Source: an uncultured virus (IMG/VR IMGVR_UViG_3300028559_000007) (taxonomy: Duplodnaviria > Heunggongvirae > Uroviricota > Caudoviricetes). Taken from it: DNA of 64,000 nucleotides. The translations under genes were made by a program, and so were the position numbers. Where the stretch lies: the IMG/VR virus record IMGVR_UViG_3300028559_000007; one strand, written 5' to 3'. The notes below the pieces were generated by a model. The model searched no databases. It was not told the DNA's origin and was given only the letters and a program-made list of their open reading frames with translations. This document shows positions 22,101-32,260 of the stretch, in pieces; within the stretch, counting starts at the first letter, position 1, and each line of letters starts with the position of its first letter.

Positions 22101-23379
22101 CTCTACCAAATCTGCAGGTAATATTGATCAGTTTTTTGAAGAATTTAAAATAAATGAAAAAACAAAAACTATTTTTGGAGATCAAACTGGTAAAACTGAC
22201 GACCAGATTCAGAAAGAATTAGAAAATAAGATAATAGACCTAACTAAACCAGATGAATCAATTAAAAATAAAATAGTTTCAAAAAATGGTGATAATGATT
22301 ATTATGAAGAAGTCACAACAACCTATTCAACAGGTAAATTTATTAAAGGGGTTGATTATAAATACATTTATTTAACACAACAAATAGATCAAGTTATTAG
22401 AGAAGCTGATGAATTAATTAACAAAACATCTGAAATAGATTTCTCAGGAACTGCATCTAATCCTTTAGATGGTTTACAATTAGCTTCTGATAAATATCAA
22501 CAAGCATATGATATGATAGATAAAAATGATAATACAAAAGATTCTTTAAAGAGAATATTATTAGATAAGATAAAGGCATTAAAATCTAAAATAAATATAG
22601 TTTCACAACCCTTATTTAAATTAGTATTAGGTATAGTTACACTACCATTAAAAGTAGTTTTTAATATAATCAAATGGTTAATATATTTTTTTAAAAAATT
22701 AGTTAATCCAATAAAATTTCCAGCATTAATTGCTGAGTTTTTATCATTTAAATGGATTATGCAATTTTTCACACCAAAAGGTTTATTGGAATTAGCTGGA
22801 ATTAAATTTAATCCACAAAAGGTATCAGAATGGTGTGCTAGTGTTAATGTTCCTAATCCACTTTTCGGAATTGTTCCAAATGTTAGTAGGTATCTAATAC
22901 CTGATGATTATGTTATAGCTGATTTAAATGAATTTTTGAATGTTGGTTTTATGGCTAAATTACCATCTTATACAGCAAAACAATATAGAGATTTATGTAA
23001 AAAGCCATTTAGATTATTTAATGTATTCTTTTGTTTTATAGAGAAAATTATAAATTCTTTTATAATGTTAATTTGGTCTATTATGGGTATTACTGCTGTT
23101 ATTCCACCACCACTAATTAAATTATGTAAAAGAATTCCAGAAAATATTGATATAAAAGATTTACAAGACTTAGTTAGTGGTTCATTTAAAGATTCAGAAA
23201 TAAGCTTTGGTAAATTGAACGATGATCAGACAACTGGTGCATCATATGATTTTATATATGAAGTAAAATTACCAGATGGTACAGTTAGAAAAGATATAGA
23301 TAGAGAATCTGTTCAAAACCTAATAGATCAAAATAAAGGACTTAATTTTGATTTTTTAAATTTTGAAACACTTGAATAA
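19141..23379 (+). CDS. Large (1412 aa) probable virion protein
   Basis: Long ORF, late motif upstream, internal repeat TxYSTGxF. Confidence 0.65.
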   Translation: MSKVLPIFPLYPSSTFLEYNVSLAIPGPKLWDLPTIGDFSKKNNYPNTESAILIPDVEYIKRFANYELGISDDLLKSAQKQNISRIKNPQVRETFDQLYGQSSSKTGAFKDGIGFSSIEKTILSSIFETQKPYFEIAQFVIKSLSKIEDIIARICPLIGAATNPPLALAIKSRKPKGNGPQQNGSLGPYGTPPALGYKNSEEILKKLDKVSTLLQKGDGFKIDKNGKYTKVPKKFTNENNVKIESFDNSIFTYVTVSTIYSTGIFKPTENYFYKYIDIEADQELPEFITPPEDLDIDNSPDKIILGIFNKNGTPIDPNSKLQYWGITQDGLDLEKKDSIFEKAPWIKSEKWVFDKSIDYKNSITWQTIDSPIYSWKKNGRVLKQENSPGDGWDKIKYKDVINFDKEENQYLKYLEDDFFVEFKKSSINEYRSYYLYLTEQAFDKNKVPAEDRYEILQQIEKLFSDKSPNDKIVEQLRNLIKFSEFNSSYYENIIDKKDWIYNTNPPNDKLPNELRRIFKPMRFDINGKTVWIDPEGDYDIKVIKIDPVLRIDYNDNVITTEDSNISANKSLEKSSNIKSFVKNKLSINVFTKSGDILKFSIDVSRGDNIDTYKNVESYDLVNWNVYFDSFTGEKYITDLEYNFKIYFEINNNKYVLFEMVVDQTTKINGVNLLPLFFKRNTLNINLGYNSLEEALKGNNLINFNSSISVSELPRFQVELSESGSSLKLINSKDYNIKSILNKNLQDLSNINKLYSKGRYGAGWKGGPCFDSNNSPILDDSGNIVIEPDNPQFIGYNRRSQLTELDIEPYYIIEAYKKSRNEEEDQSNSGSGGSSSGESFYRMPAAVGITKVMIDLTIDLSVKLFPAITKLIELIKNPSSFVTTIIQSKLEDHFLIFNPKVTDIISEVNNFRTKFKSSSNDDDKFNILKDMKSFAKSSEIGNYLHIDNQADFKFLLDGPALIGFFGILFGLDLNLTKSFSGSAITPIFSTKSAGNIDQFFEEFKINEKTKTIFGDQTGKTDDQIQKELENKIIDLTKPDESIKNKIVSKNGDNDYYEEVTTTYSTGKFIKGVDYKYIYLTQQIDQVIREADELINKTSEIDFSGTASNPLDGLQLASDKYQQAYDMIDKNDNTKDSLKRILLDKIKALKSKINIVSQPLFKLVLGIVTLPLKVVFNIIKWLIYFFKKLVNPIKFPALIAEFLSFKWIMQFFTPKGLLELAGIKFNPQKVSEWCASVNVPNPLFGIVPNVSRYLIPDDYVIADLNEFLNVGFMAKLPSYTAKQYRDLCKKPFRLFNVFFCFIEKIINSFIMLIWSIMGITAVIPPPLIKLCKRIPENIDIKDLQDLVSGSFKDSEISFGKLNDDQTTGASYDFIYEVKLPDGTVRKDIDRESVQNLIDQNKGLNFDFLNFETLE

Positions 23380-23413
23380 AAAATTAATATAAATTAAAAT
23401 ATTATTTAAATAT

Positions 23414-23626
23414 ATGTCAAAAAATAAACATAGAAAAGATCATAAGAAAAAGCTTGAAGCTAGAAAACAAAGATTGTTACAAGATAAAAATAGAAATGAA
23501 AAGTTTCAAAGAGAAATGATAATGAAACTTATTAATAAAGAAAAAGAAAAAGGATTATTTGATAATCTACCAAATATTAATCCAATATCTGGTCCTCAAA
23601 TAGATTTAAATGGACCTACTATATAA
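23414..23626 (+). CDS. Small basic hypothetical protein
   Basis: ORF. Confidence 0.6.
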   Translation: MSKNKHRKDHKKKLEARKQRLLQDKNRNEKFQREMIMKLINKEKEKGLFDNLPNINPISGPQIDLNGPTI

Positions 23627-23865
23627 ATTAATAAGTTAAAGATATAGAATATAGAATCATCTCTAAAAGATTTAGGCCTACTAATTGAGTTTAATTTATG
23701 TGATAAATATAATCTAACAAATTTAGTTTTTGTACAATTTGGATTTTTCAATTTACAAATAGTCAAATAATTATTAATTAATAATATAGATTTTAAATTT
23801 GTATTATTCATCTATCTAAGGGTATAAAATTTTATTATATATTAATTAAAAAATAAATAAAAAAT

Positions 23866-24921
23866 ATGAACATGAATATAAATATTAATAAAGATGATTC
23901 TTCATTAAATGACTTTTTAACTATCTTTGATTCAATTAAATCAAGACCTAATAGATTTATACTACATGATAGATTCTCAGGAAAAGAATTTATTGATATA
24001 ATAGAAAATTTTTCATATGAGTCAGAAAAAAATATTCTAACAGAATATATTCCAAGTGATGATAATTATATTATAAATGAAAAAGTATTCTTAAAAATTG
24101 CTGAAAATATTTGGATTTCATATGTAATTATAAATAAACAATTAGAAGATTATATAATAAATGAAGTTTGTTTTTATTATAAAGATATTATTCAAAAAGA
24201 TGATATTGAAGAAATAGTCAACAAAATTACAGAATGTATAGTTGATTATGAAGATAATATTAATAAATTAAATACATTATCTATTAGTAATAATATTATA
24301 GATTTAGAACCATTATTAATGGAAGAAGAATTTGATATTGAAAATATGTATTCAGATTTAGTCTCTAAAAATATTGAAAAATTAATAAAAAATATTAAGA
24401 AAGAAAAAAAAGGACTTAGTATATTAACTGGGGAGAGAGGATTAGGTAAGACTAATATATGCAAGTATATTGTATCTAAGGTAGATAGAATATCTATTTT
24501 TATACCAAATAATATGATAGAACAAACAATTAATAGTCCGGATTTTAAAAACTTTTTATCAAAATTTGATAAAGCATTAATAATTATAGATGATTGCGAA
24601 TTTCTTTATAATCCAGTTTATAGTAAATTAAGTTATTTCAGTAATAATATATTGCAATTAGTTGATGGATTAATGTCAGATCATTTAAATGTACATTTTT
24701 TATTGGTATTTAATACAGATGAAGATGAATTAGATGATAGCTTGATAGAATGTAATAGTTTAATAGATATTATAAACTTTGAGTTATTAACTTCTGATAT
24801 GGCTACTGAGTTAAGCAAATCTTTAGGAATTAATAAAAAATACAAAAATAATACTAGACTTATAGATGTTATAAATAGTAAAAAGAAAAAATCTTTTAAA
24901 GGAGAAATAGGTTTAAAATAA
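23866..24921 (+). CDS. AAA+ ATPase
   Basis: Walker A GERGLGKT, Walker B IIIDDCE. Confidence 0.85.
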   Translation: MNMNININKDDSSLNDFLTIFDSIKSRPNRFILHDRFSGKEFIDIIENFSYESEKNILTEYIPSDDNYIINEKVFLKIAENIWISYVIINKQLEDYIINEVCFYYKDIIQKDDIEEIVNKITECIVDYEDNINKLNTLSISNNIIDLEPLLMEEEFDIENMYSDLVSKNIEKLIKNIKKEKKGLSILTGERGLGKTNICKYIVSKVDRISIFIPNNMIEQTINSPDFKNFLSKFDKALIIIDDCEFLYNPVYSKLSYFSNNILQLVDGLMSDHLNVHFLLVFNTDEDELDDSLIECNSLIDIINFELLTSDMATELSKSLGINKKYKNNTRLIDVINSKKKKSFKGEIGLK

Positions 24922-24931
24922 ATATCTTATT

Positions 24932-25282
24932 ATGATATCAGAATTAAAAGATGATGAAATATTGGAGTACTTGATTACTTCGGATATAAATGAGAACCTC
25001 AAACCAGAAGATTATAAATATCTAATATTTAAATTTAGATATTTTTATAAAATACTCTATGGAAATTTTCAATTATATAAGACAAATATTTCCTCCGAAA
25101 ATAAAACATTAAATGACTCACTAGATAATATCAAAAAAGAATTATTATCTACACAGATCGAAAAAGCTAATCTCCAAAATGATATTGATCAAATGTCGAA
25201 TCCCAGAAGATTAACTTGGAAAGAAAGAATAAGCGGAGACTTAATTCCAAAAGTTAAAAAAACTACTAGTATAAATAGTTAA
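24932..25282 (+). CDS. Coiled-coil hypothetical protein
   Basis: ORF with RLTWKERISG tail. Confidence 0.6.
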   Translation: MISELKDDEILEYLITSDINENLKPEDYKYLIFKFRYFYKILYGNFQLYKTNISSENKTLNDSLDNIKKELLSTQIEKANLQNDIDQMSNPRRLTWKERISGDLIPKVKKTTSINS

Positions 25283-25329
25283 AAAATCATATTTAGTATT
25301 TTATATATAATTAAATTTAAATACTAAAT

Positions 25330-25812
25330 ATGATTATTTTAAAATTTACAGACTTTATTAATGAAGCTAGAAAAGACAAAAAAGAATTAACAGAAGTATT
25401 AAGAGAACTTCTTGATAAAAAACCACCTGTTAAAATATCAGATAATACACAGAAAGATGTGTATTCTATGTCTGGAATAATTAAGTATTTTAAAAACAAT
25501 AATTTAACTAGTCAAAATGCGACTGATGCTATACACACATACCAAAACGATAGAGAGTTAAAAAAATCATTTAAACATATTAGTGTAAAGGATTTTGAAA
25601 CTGGTAAAAGTTATCCATATTATTATATGGATTTGACTAAAGAAGAAGTTGATAAAATCAAAGAAAATTTAGAAAAAAATAGTAAAGAAAAGGCAGCTCC
25701 GGAATTAGCAAAAAAGGCTGAAGTTAAAAAGAAATCAGTAGCTTTATCAAAAGAAAGGAAAGAAAAAAAGACTACTATTGCTTCTAGAAAAAAAGTGACT
25801 GAAAAGAAATAG
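25330..25812 (+). CDS. Hypothetical protein with capsid-targeting-like N-terminus and basic tail
   Basis: MIILKFTDFINEA. Confidence 0.65.
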   Translation: MIILKFTDFINEARKDKKELTEVLRELLDKKPPVKISDNTQKDVYSMSGIIKYFKNNNLTSQNATDAIHTYQNDRELKKSFKHISVKDFETGKSYPYYYMDLTKEEVDKIKENLEKNSKEKAAPELAKKAEVKKKSVALSKERKEKKTTIASRKKVTEKK

Positions 25813-25855
25813 TCATTAATAAAAAATAATATATACTAAAAAATAATAAAAATTT

Positions 25856-26071
25856 ATGGAATACATTGACAAATACGAACAACTTCTAAGTTTATTAACT
25901 GAGGAGATTGAAATAGATGGTAAGAAATATTTTCTAAAAGATGAATTTGATAAATTCTTCGTTAAGGGAAATAAAACTGCTGCTACTAGAATAAGAAAAT
26001 TTATGCAAGAGATTAAGAAAAAATCTCAAGAAATTAGAGATGATGTTCAAGATTATAGAAAAACAATCTAA
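25856..26071 (+). CDS. Histone H1-like (Hc1-type) DNA-binding protein
   Basis: KFFVKGNKTAATRIRKFMQEIKKKSQEIR motif. Confidence 0.75.
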   Translation: MEYIDKYEQLLSLLTEEIEIDGKKYFLKDEFDKFFVKGNKTAATRIRKFMQEIKKKSQEIRDDVQDYRKTI

Positions 26072-26082
26072 TATAAAAAATT

Positions 26083-26113
26083 AAAAAAGTCAGAGTTTAA
26101 CTCTGACTTTTTT
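26083..26113 (+). terminator. Intrinsic terminator
   Basis: AGTCAGAGT/ACTCTGACT stem flanked by A and T tracts. Confidence 0.8.
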
Positions 26114-26130
26114 GTTTTAATATATAATCT

Positions 26131-26565
26131 ATGAAGAAATTTTCAAAAATAATAAACGAGTCTAATGATCTTGATAAAAACGATATTGATAAAGTTATAG
26201 ATATATTATCAGATTTTAGAGATGATTCCAATTTTGAAATCACTTTTATGAAAAAGGCTTCAGGTAAACCTGGATTACCATATTATGATCATATTCCAAA
26301 ATATATTAACAATTTTATATATTTTGAAATTGTTATTTTTTATAAAAAAAATTCAAATGAAGTTAATTTTTTTGAAGAGGTTAGTTTTTTCAACGAAAAT
26401 ATACAGAATGTAATCTCACATTTAGAATCAATTGGTAAAGTATTTCATAAAACAAAGATTGAATATGATCGTGAGTATTTAAATGAAACTGATAAAAAAG
26501 ATAAATTTACTTATAAAAAATGCCGAGTTGAATTACATTCAACAATAAAAGTATTTCCAAATTAA
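26131..26565 (+). CDS. Hypothetical protein, capsid-targeting-like N-terminus
   Basis: MKKFSKIINES. Confidence 0.65.
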   Translation: MKKFSKIINESNDLDKNDIDKVIDILSDFRDDSNFEITFMKKASGKPGLPYYDHIPKYINNFIYFEIVIFYKKNSNEVNFFEEVSFFNENIQNVISHLESIGKVFHKTKIEYDREYLNETDKKDKFTYKKCRVELHSTIKVFPN

Positions 26566-26575
26566 TATATAAACT

Positions 26576-27145
26576 ATGAAAAAATTCTCAAATGTGACTG
26601 GTCAAAAAGTAAATGAAGAACCAAAAGTTGAAATCAAAATAAATGAAGAAGATGTCTTTAAAAGTAAAGTTATGAAACTTATGGATGACTTACTAAGGGT
26701 TCAAATGTATGGTCCTATAACTCGATATCATGTTGCTGGTACTATGAAAGTAGTTGGTAAAGAATTGTTTTTAGAAGCTCTATTAGACATTCTAAGTGAT
26801 ACATCTAATAAAGATAAATCAAAATTATTGGAATCATTGAAATCTAAAATAACCGATTGGAAAGTATTAGATGAAACAATAGATGAAATAAATTCTCAAC
26901 CAACTGGATTATATAAACATAGATCTCTCATAAAATCTTTATATAACAAATATAAACATGATACAAATCTTTTAATAGAACAGACTGAGAAATCTGCCAC
27001 CAAGATTAAATCTTTAGATAATTTATTTTTAAGATATAAAGCTTGTGAATCACTTTTAAATGATAATAATTTTAATTCGGATTTAATACAAAGAATGTCA
27101 AACAAATATTTAGATAAATTAAATAGTAAGAAAAATGAAAATTAA
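26576..27145 (+). CDS. Hypothetical protein, capsid-targeting-like N-terminus
   Basis: MKKFSNV..VNEE. Confidence 0.65.
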   Translation: MKKFSNVTGQKVNEEPKVEIKINEEDVFKSKVMKLMDDLLRVQMYGPITRYHVAGTMKVVGKELFLEALLDILSDTSNKDKSKLLESLKSKITDWKVLDETIDEINSQPTGLYKHRSLIKSLYNKYKHDTNLLIEQTEKSATKIKSLDNLFLRYKACESLLNDNNFNSDLIQRMSNKYLDKLNSKKNEN

Positions 27146-27401
27146 AAAAATTTATGAGGATTTTGATCCAATGATTAATAATTTTTTAGATAATAATTTA
27201 TTATTAGTATTAGTTACTTCATGGATATTAAATAGTAAAACAAAGTTATCTAAGTTAGATAGTAATATAAAATCACTTAAAAATGATTTTATATTTTATG
27301 CGAATGCTTTGGGATATCAAATAGATCCTGTTATCTTGGAAATGGCCGATTTAAAGTTTAAACAATTAATCAAAAGAGTAAAAAATATACTTAAAAAATA
27401 A
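27135..27401 (+). CDS. Hypothetical protein
   Basis: MKIKKIYED start. Confidence 0.6.
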   Translation: MKIKKIYEDFDPMINNFLDNNLLLVLVTSWILNSKTKLSKLDSNIKSLKNDFIFYANALGYQIDPVILEMADLKFKQLIKRVKNILKK

Positions 27402-28007
27402 TTATTTTTGAGTAACTATTCTAAAATCACTAAGTATATTATTTCTTAATCCTCTAAATTCTAAATCTAATTCTTCCCAACTCCATTTCTTGGAAAATAT
27501 TTTTTCGTGTATATAATTTCCTTCTGAAAAATCATAAATTTTTCCTTTTTTAGCTATCTGTATTCCAAATAATGGAATTCTTAGGCTATGGAATAACGAT
27601 TTAATACCAATATAATAGTCACCTTGTTTCATTTTCTTCTTACACTTAACCCAAGAATTTGATGATATATGAGAAAATGAATGCCTTAGAGAAGAAATAT
27701 CGGGTTTCCAATTAATCTTAATATCCTCTTGCAATCTAAATTCTTTTGGTGTTAAAAAAGCTTCAATAGAACTTGAGTGATGTTTTTTTAAATTTTTAAG
27801 AAATTGTTCTTCTGTCATAACATGTATGTTAAAATTACCAGATCGAATTTCTTGATTAGTATTTGGAGTATTAGCAATCATAATAAAATCCCAATCTGAT
27901 TCATACGTTATAGTCCCATAAACTTGACTACCAAATACATAAATATTTTTTACACGAATTGGATGTATTTTTGATCTTTTAATTACTTCTTCTGATGTCG
28001 GTATCAT
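27402..28007 (-). CDS. Pol-beta-type nucleotidyltransferase
   Basis: YVFGSQVYG..SDWDF signature. Confidence 0.85.
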   Translation of the reverse strand: MIPTSEEVIKRSKIHPIRVKNIYVFGSQVYGTITYESDWDFIMIANTPNTNQEIRSGNFNIHVMTEEQFLKNLKKHHSSSIEAFLTPKEFRLQEDIKINWKPDISSLRHSFSHISSNSWVKCKKKMKQGDYYIGIKSLFHSLRIPLFGIQIAKKGKIYDFSEGNYIHEKIFSKKWSWEELDLEFRGLRNNILSDFRIVTQK

Positions 28008-28043
28008 TTCTAATGTTTAAATAACTAAGCAATATAATAAATT

Positions 28044-29873
28044 TTATTTAAATTTAGTAAAATTTTCAAATTTTGCTATAATTTTTTTATTATCATTATC
28101 AATTATTACTTTCTCCGGCTTCATCGCTTTAGGAGCGCCTGCTTTAACAAAATCTTCTTTAGTTACTTTATTACTTTTACCTTCTTTATTAACTAAAATA
28201 TATTCATAGTTTTCATTAGTATCTTGTCCAGCAAATTCAATTCCTTTAGTATCATATTCAATAGCTTTACCTTTTTCAAATAAGTCTATTTTATCTTTAA
28301 GATTATCTACAAATTCACGAGCTACTTTTTTCATAACATCTGTATATTTATCTGTCTCATAAGCAGCTTTAGTAGCATTTATATTATATTTCAAAAATCC
28401 CCAGCCTTGTAGGTTTGTAATAGATGAATGTCCTCCGGAGTTTCTAGTTATAAGCTCCCAAACCGGTATTTTATATTCTTTAAGAGTAGATAATTGTTCA
28501 TCATTTAATTTATCATAAATAGTATCCATTATACCTTTAATATCTAAATTTTTAATATCAACTATTTCTCCATTTTTATAAATACATCCATCATAAAATG
28601 CTTCTAAGTCAGAATATTTAAAACCAACTCCAACATAATCTACACCCTCTTCTTTCTGCATTTTTTTCCAATCCTGTGATGTTTCAAATTCTTTTTTAAT
28701 ACAATCTATAGATATAAGTATTTTATTTAATATTAATTGATGTTTAGAAATAACTTCTTTTGCTATTTCTCCAAGATTAATATCTTTCAATTTTTTTTCT
28801 TTAAATGGATTGCAACTAACTTGAATAAGACCCATTGCCCAAATTATACAAATGAAATTAGCTTCTGGAAAGTTTTTAAAAGGAACATATCGATCATACG
28901 AACCAGGTTGAATCATATTACCACCACCATATTGAATAATAATTTTATTTTTCTCATCATAATGAACTCCTTTACCAACTTTTGCTCCTTTGGCAGATGA
29001 TAAGAATTGATGTTTTCTACTTGATGGATCAAATTCACTAACTTCTCCACTATCTGGATCTTCAATGAATCTATAATTCTTCATTCTATCTATATAATTA
29101 GAAAGGTTTTTCATAAGTTCCTCAGGCTTAGCAAGCACACCAGCTCTATCAGATACTCTAGCATTAGTAATATAATGTCTAATATTATTAAACATTGAGT
29201 ATAGTGAAGGATTGCAGTCTAAAACCATACATTCAAGAATGTTTCTATTAATATGATCTCTTTTACCATCCATACCCTTAACACTAATTCTTTTATTTTT
29301 ATAAGCTAATAATAATCTATTAACTACAAATCCCATCATAAATCTATTTTTTTCACCTGACAATTCTCTTTTAAATTGAAAAATAGAATTTTGAATATCT
29401 TCAGGTTTTAAATTATGTTTTAAAAAATTAGCAGAATCAACAGTTTGTATTAGTTCAATATCACCCGGAGTAAATACGTCCGAATATGAAATTTCTCCTG
29501 AAATTATTTCAACATTTGATCGAGCAGTTTTAAAATAAGTACTTTTTGTATCACCAGCTCCAATTTGTTTATCATGATGGTCAGTTGCTATTTGAAAAGT
29601 TGGTTTAGAATGTGCAAAATCCACAAGAACTTTAAGAGTTCCTTTTTTACCTTCTTTTACTGCAAACTCCATACCACCATATTGTATAATATGACAATCA
29701 ACCAATTTTAATTTATAATAAGTCTCAAGAAAATATTTCATTGCTAATGCTGATGTTACACCATCTAAGTCTTTATGAAACCATATTTCAAATTCTTTAT
29801 TGTTTCCTACTAAACTTTTTAAATTTCTTATCCCAACTTCTTCGTTGATATAATCTTGATAATTTTTAAACAT
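28044..29873 (-). CDS. DHH-family phosphoesterase
   Basis: HKDLDG, LVDF, TDHH and C-terminal SGGH. Confidence 0.8.
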   Translation of the reverse strand: MFKNYQDYINEEVGIRNLKSLVGNNKEFEIWFHKDLDGVTSALAMKYFLETYYKLKLVDCHIIQYGGMEFAVKEGKKGTLKVLVDFAHSKPTFQIATDHHDKQIGAGDTKSTYFKTARSNVEIISGEISYSDVFTPGDIELIQTVDSANFLKHNLKPEDIQNSIFQFKRELSGEKNRFMMGFVVNRLLLAYKNKRISVKGMDGKRDHINRNILECMVLDCNPSLYSMFNNIRHYITNARVSDRAGVLAKPEELMKNLSNYIDRMKNYRFIEDPDSGEVSEFDPSSRKHQFLSSAKGAKVGKGVHYDEKNKIIIQYGGGNMIQPGSYDRYVPFKNFPEANFICIIWAMGLIQVSCNPFKEKKLKDINLGEIAKEVISKHQLILNKILISIDCIKKEFETSQDWKKMQKEEGVDYVGVGFKYSDLEAFYDGCIYKNGEIVDIKNLDIKGIMDTIYDKLNDEQLSTLKEYKIPVWELITRNSGGHSSITNLQGWGFLKYNINATKAAYETDKYTDVMKKVAREFVDNLKDKIDLFEKGKAIEYDTKGIEFAGQDTNENYEYILVNKEGKSNKVTKEDFVKAGAPKAMKPEKVIIDNDNKKIIAKFENFTKFK

Positions 29874-29932
29874 AAAAAAATATTTTACAGTATATATTAA
29901 TAGAATATTTCCACTTTTAAAGAATTTGAAGT

Positions 29933-30328
29933 CTATTTTTTATATATTAAAAATATTATTGAACTAACATCAACATGAACTTTAATCAAATCTAAATCAT
30001 GATAATTTAGTCTAGCTACTATTTCAGATTTTCTATCTAAAAAATCATCAGAATTAATATATTGATTTAATCGATAAGGACTTGTTTTAATTAAATTTAC
30101 TAATCTAACTTGTATATATGGTTGGAATCCTAATTTTATCAGCCGAAGGTCATGTGGTGTATCTTGATTAGTAATTTCATTATCAATTATATTAAATTGG
30201 TGTAATTTCTTACCAAAAGTTACCATTATTTGGAAATCATCAATTAAATCAATAAATATATCTTTAATATCATCTTTATTGACATTCCAAATTTGTTCTC
30301 TAGATTCGAAATATTTTAAATGGTTCAT
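29933..30328 (-). CDS. Hypothetical protein, capsid-targeting-like N-terminus
   Basis: MNHLKYFES. Confidence 0.65.
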   Translation of the reverse strand: MNHLKYFESREQIWNVNKDDIKDIFIDLIDDFQIMVTFGKKLHQFNIIDNEITNQDTPHDLRLIKLGFQPYIQVRLVNLIKTSPYRLNQYINSDDFLDRKSEIVARLNYHDLDLIKVHVDVSSIIFLIYKK

Positions 30329-31701
30329 TTTTTATAAGTATCAATAGTTCCTTTTTTATCACCTTTATCTTGACTATCAAACTTTGTATCAAAGAAATTA
30401 TCAGAACTTCCAACAATTTTAGTATCAGGAGATATTGAAGCATAAGGTCCCAATTCACCACTTCTGAATATACCACCATTCATGTCACTATTAAGGAATC
30501 CATTCATAAAATAACAATTATCTAAAGTTGAATTTTCAACTCTACAACTTAAAACTTTACTTCCACTAACATCAGATGATTCTATTTTAGATGTAGATAT
30601 CTGTACATTATCTATTTCACATCCATAAAAATTACAATTATTATAAATACCATCTAATATTTTACAATTTACAAATTCAAAAGAATTAATCGGTAAATTT
30701 GACTTAATCTGAGCATCAACAATTTCCATTTTCTGTGTTTCTGTTATATAATTTATAATACAATCTTTTAAATCATCAGTACCTTCAATTATATCCCATA
30801 ATTTTTCATATATTCTACCAAAATATGAGGTAACTAATTCGTACATATGATTTTGATCTATTTGTATTTGAATAGTTGGAAATTCTACGATAAAATTATC
30901 ATATTTAGAAAATGTTTTAAACTTATCTATATTATCTTCTAGATACTTTTCTAGTTTATCTGCATCATTCTTATTAAAACCAACATCGATTGAATTATAT
31001 GTATCAAGTATAAATCTATCAAGAAAATAAATAATATTTCCGATATTTATTTCATATTCTTTTCCACCAATATATCTATATTCAACTCTTTGACTATCTT
31101 TACTATTTATAATATTTGAGAAATTTATTCCATAGTATTTATCATCTGGAAGAATTAAATTATTTTTAACAGAATCGATTGAAATATTAAAAAAATCATA
31201 TTCTTTAAATGGAATAATTTTTTTAATAGATTTTGCATAAATATTATCTTTTCTCGATGGATAAAATCTATAAATTTCATCTTCATCAGTATTTAATATT
31301 AATTTTAAGACATTTAAATCATTTAAATTTTTATCACCAAAAAAAGAAAGATTAAAATGTATTGATGATTTATCATTTGTGTATCCGTAATTTTGTATGA
31401 ATTTTAATATTTTGATTAAATAGAATTTAGAATCATTATATTCCATAGGTCCAGTTACTAACTCAACCATATTACTACCACCAGATAAATCTGGTTCGAA
31501 TTTAAAATTTTTATCATCAGGTTTAAAATCAGAATGATATTGTCTAAATCCATGTACTTTAACAGGATATAATTCTTTATTTAAAATTTCCATTGTTTTA
31601 TAAAAAGATAGCTCTTTCATATAAAATTCAAACTCTATTCCTATTTTAGCTTTTGATAGTTTGCTATATTCGTGTATAAATTTTTCAGAATATTTTTTCA
31701 T
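30325..31701 (-). CDS. Putative amidoligase (COOH-NH2 ligase-type) with C-terminal repeat region
   Basis: IGIEFEF, ELVTGP, SIHFNLS, KY..IN, RVEYR. Confidence 0.75.
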   Translation of the reverse strand: MKKYSEKFIHEYSKLSKAKIGIEFEFYMKELSFYKTMEILNKELYPVKVHGFRQYHSDFKPDDKNFKFEPDLSGGSNMVELVTGPMEYNDSKFYLIKILKFIQNYGYTNDKSSIHFNLSFFGDKNLNDLNVLKLILNTDEDEIYRFYPSRKDNIYAKSIKKIIPFKEYDFFNISIDSVKNNLILPDDKYYGINFSNIINSKDSQRVEYRYIGGKEYEINIGNIIYFLDRFILDTYNSIDVGFNKNDADKLEKYLEDNIDKFKTFSKYDNFIVEFPTIQIQIDQNHMYELVTSYFGRIYEKLWDIIEGTDDLKDCIINYITETQKMEIVDAQIKSNLPINSFEFVNCKILDGIYNNCNFYGCEIDNVQISTSKIESSDVSGSKVLSCRVENSTLDNCYFMNGFLNSDMNGGIFRSGELGPYASISPDTKIVGSSDNFFDTKFDSQDKGDKKGTIDTYKK

Positions 31702-31811
31702 ATTCTATATATTAATTAGATATATCCGAATTTAAATAATAGAAATTTATAATTTATATAGAATCTAATAGGGAGGTGACATACTAATATATAAAAAAAC
31801 ATTAGAATTGT

Positions 31812-32219
31812 GTGGATACATCCGTTAAAATGGCTTTTTTTTGTGTTTATTGTAAAACCAGAAAGAAGTTTGATAAGTTTATTAAAGTTAATAAAATAAA
31901 AAACAAGTATATAATTGATATTAAAAAAATTATAGAAGAGGAAGAAGTTAATTTTAAAGACGATACAACTTATTTAAAAATTTTAATTTTTAATAAAATA
32001 CAACAAGCAATAGATAAAAAGAAAGATATCTATTATATCCCTGATTTTGATAATGAATTTTCTATAAAAAAACTACTTAATTTAAAGAAAATACTTTGTG
32101 AAAATGATTTTAATGTTTTAATATTCTATAATGAATTTAGAAAAAATCAAGAAGTTATAGATGATGTTTTTTCAAATCTTTCAAAATTTAGTAACTCTCA
32201 AATTATTCGAGATTATTAA
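31812..32219 (+). CDS. Hypothetical protein
   Basis: ORF after TAATATATA. Confidence 0.6.
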   Translation: MDTSVKMAFFCVYCKTRKKFDKFIKVNKIKNKYIIDIKKIIEEEEVNFKDDTTYLKILIFNKIQQAIDKKKDIYYIPDFDNEFSIKKLLNLKKILCENDFNVLIFYNEFRKNQEVIDDVFSNLSKFSNSQIIRDY

Positions 32220-32260
32220 TTTGGTAACCCAGGGATTGTTAGTCAAATAATATATAATTT

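Noticed and set aside
23596..23811. 71-aa minus-strand ORF
   Set aside because: No motif, overlaps the neighbouring gene and has no clear promoter; cannot be supported
27402..28007. Nucleotidyltransferase as a CCA-adding enzyme
   Set aside because: Only the minimal GS..DxD motif is visible; no class II CCA-enzyme motifs recognised
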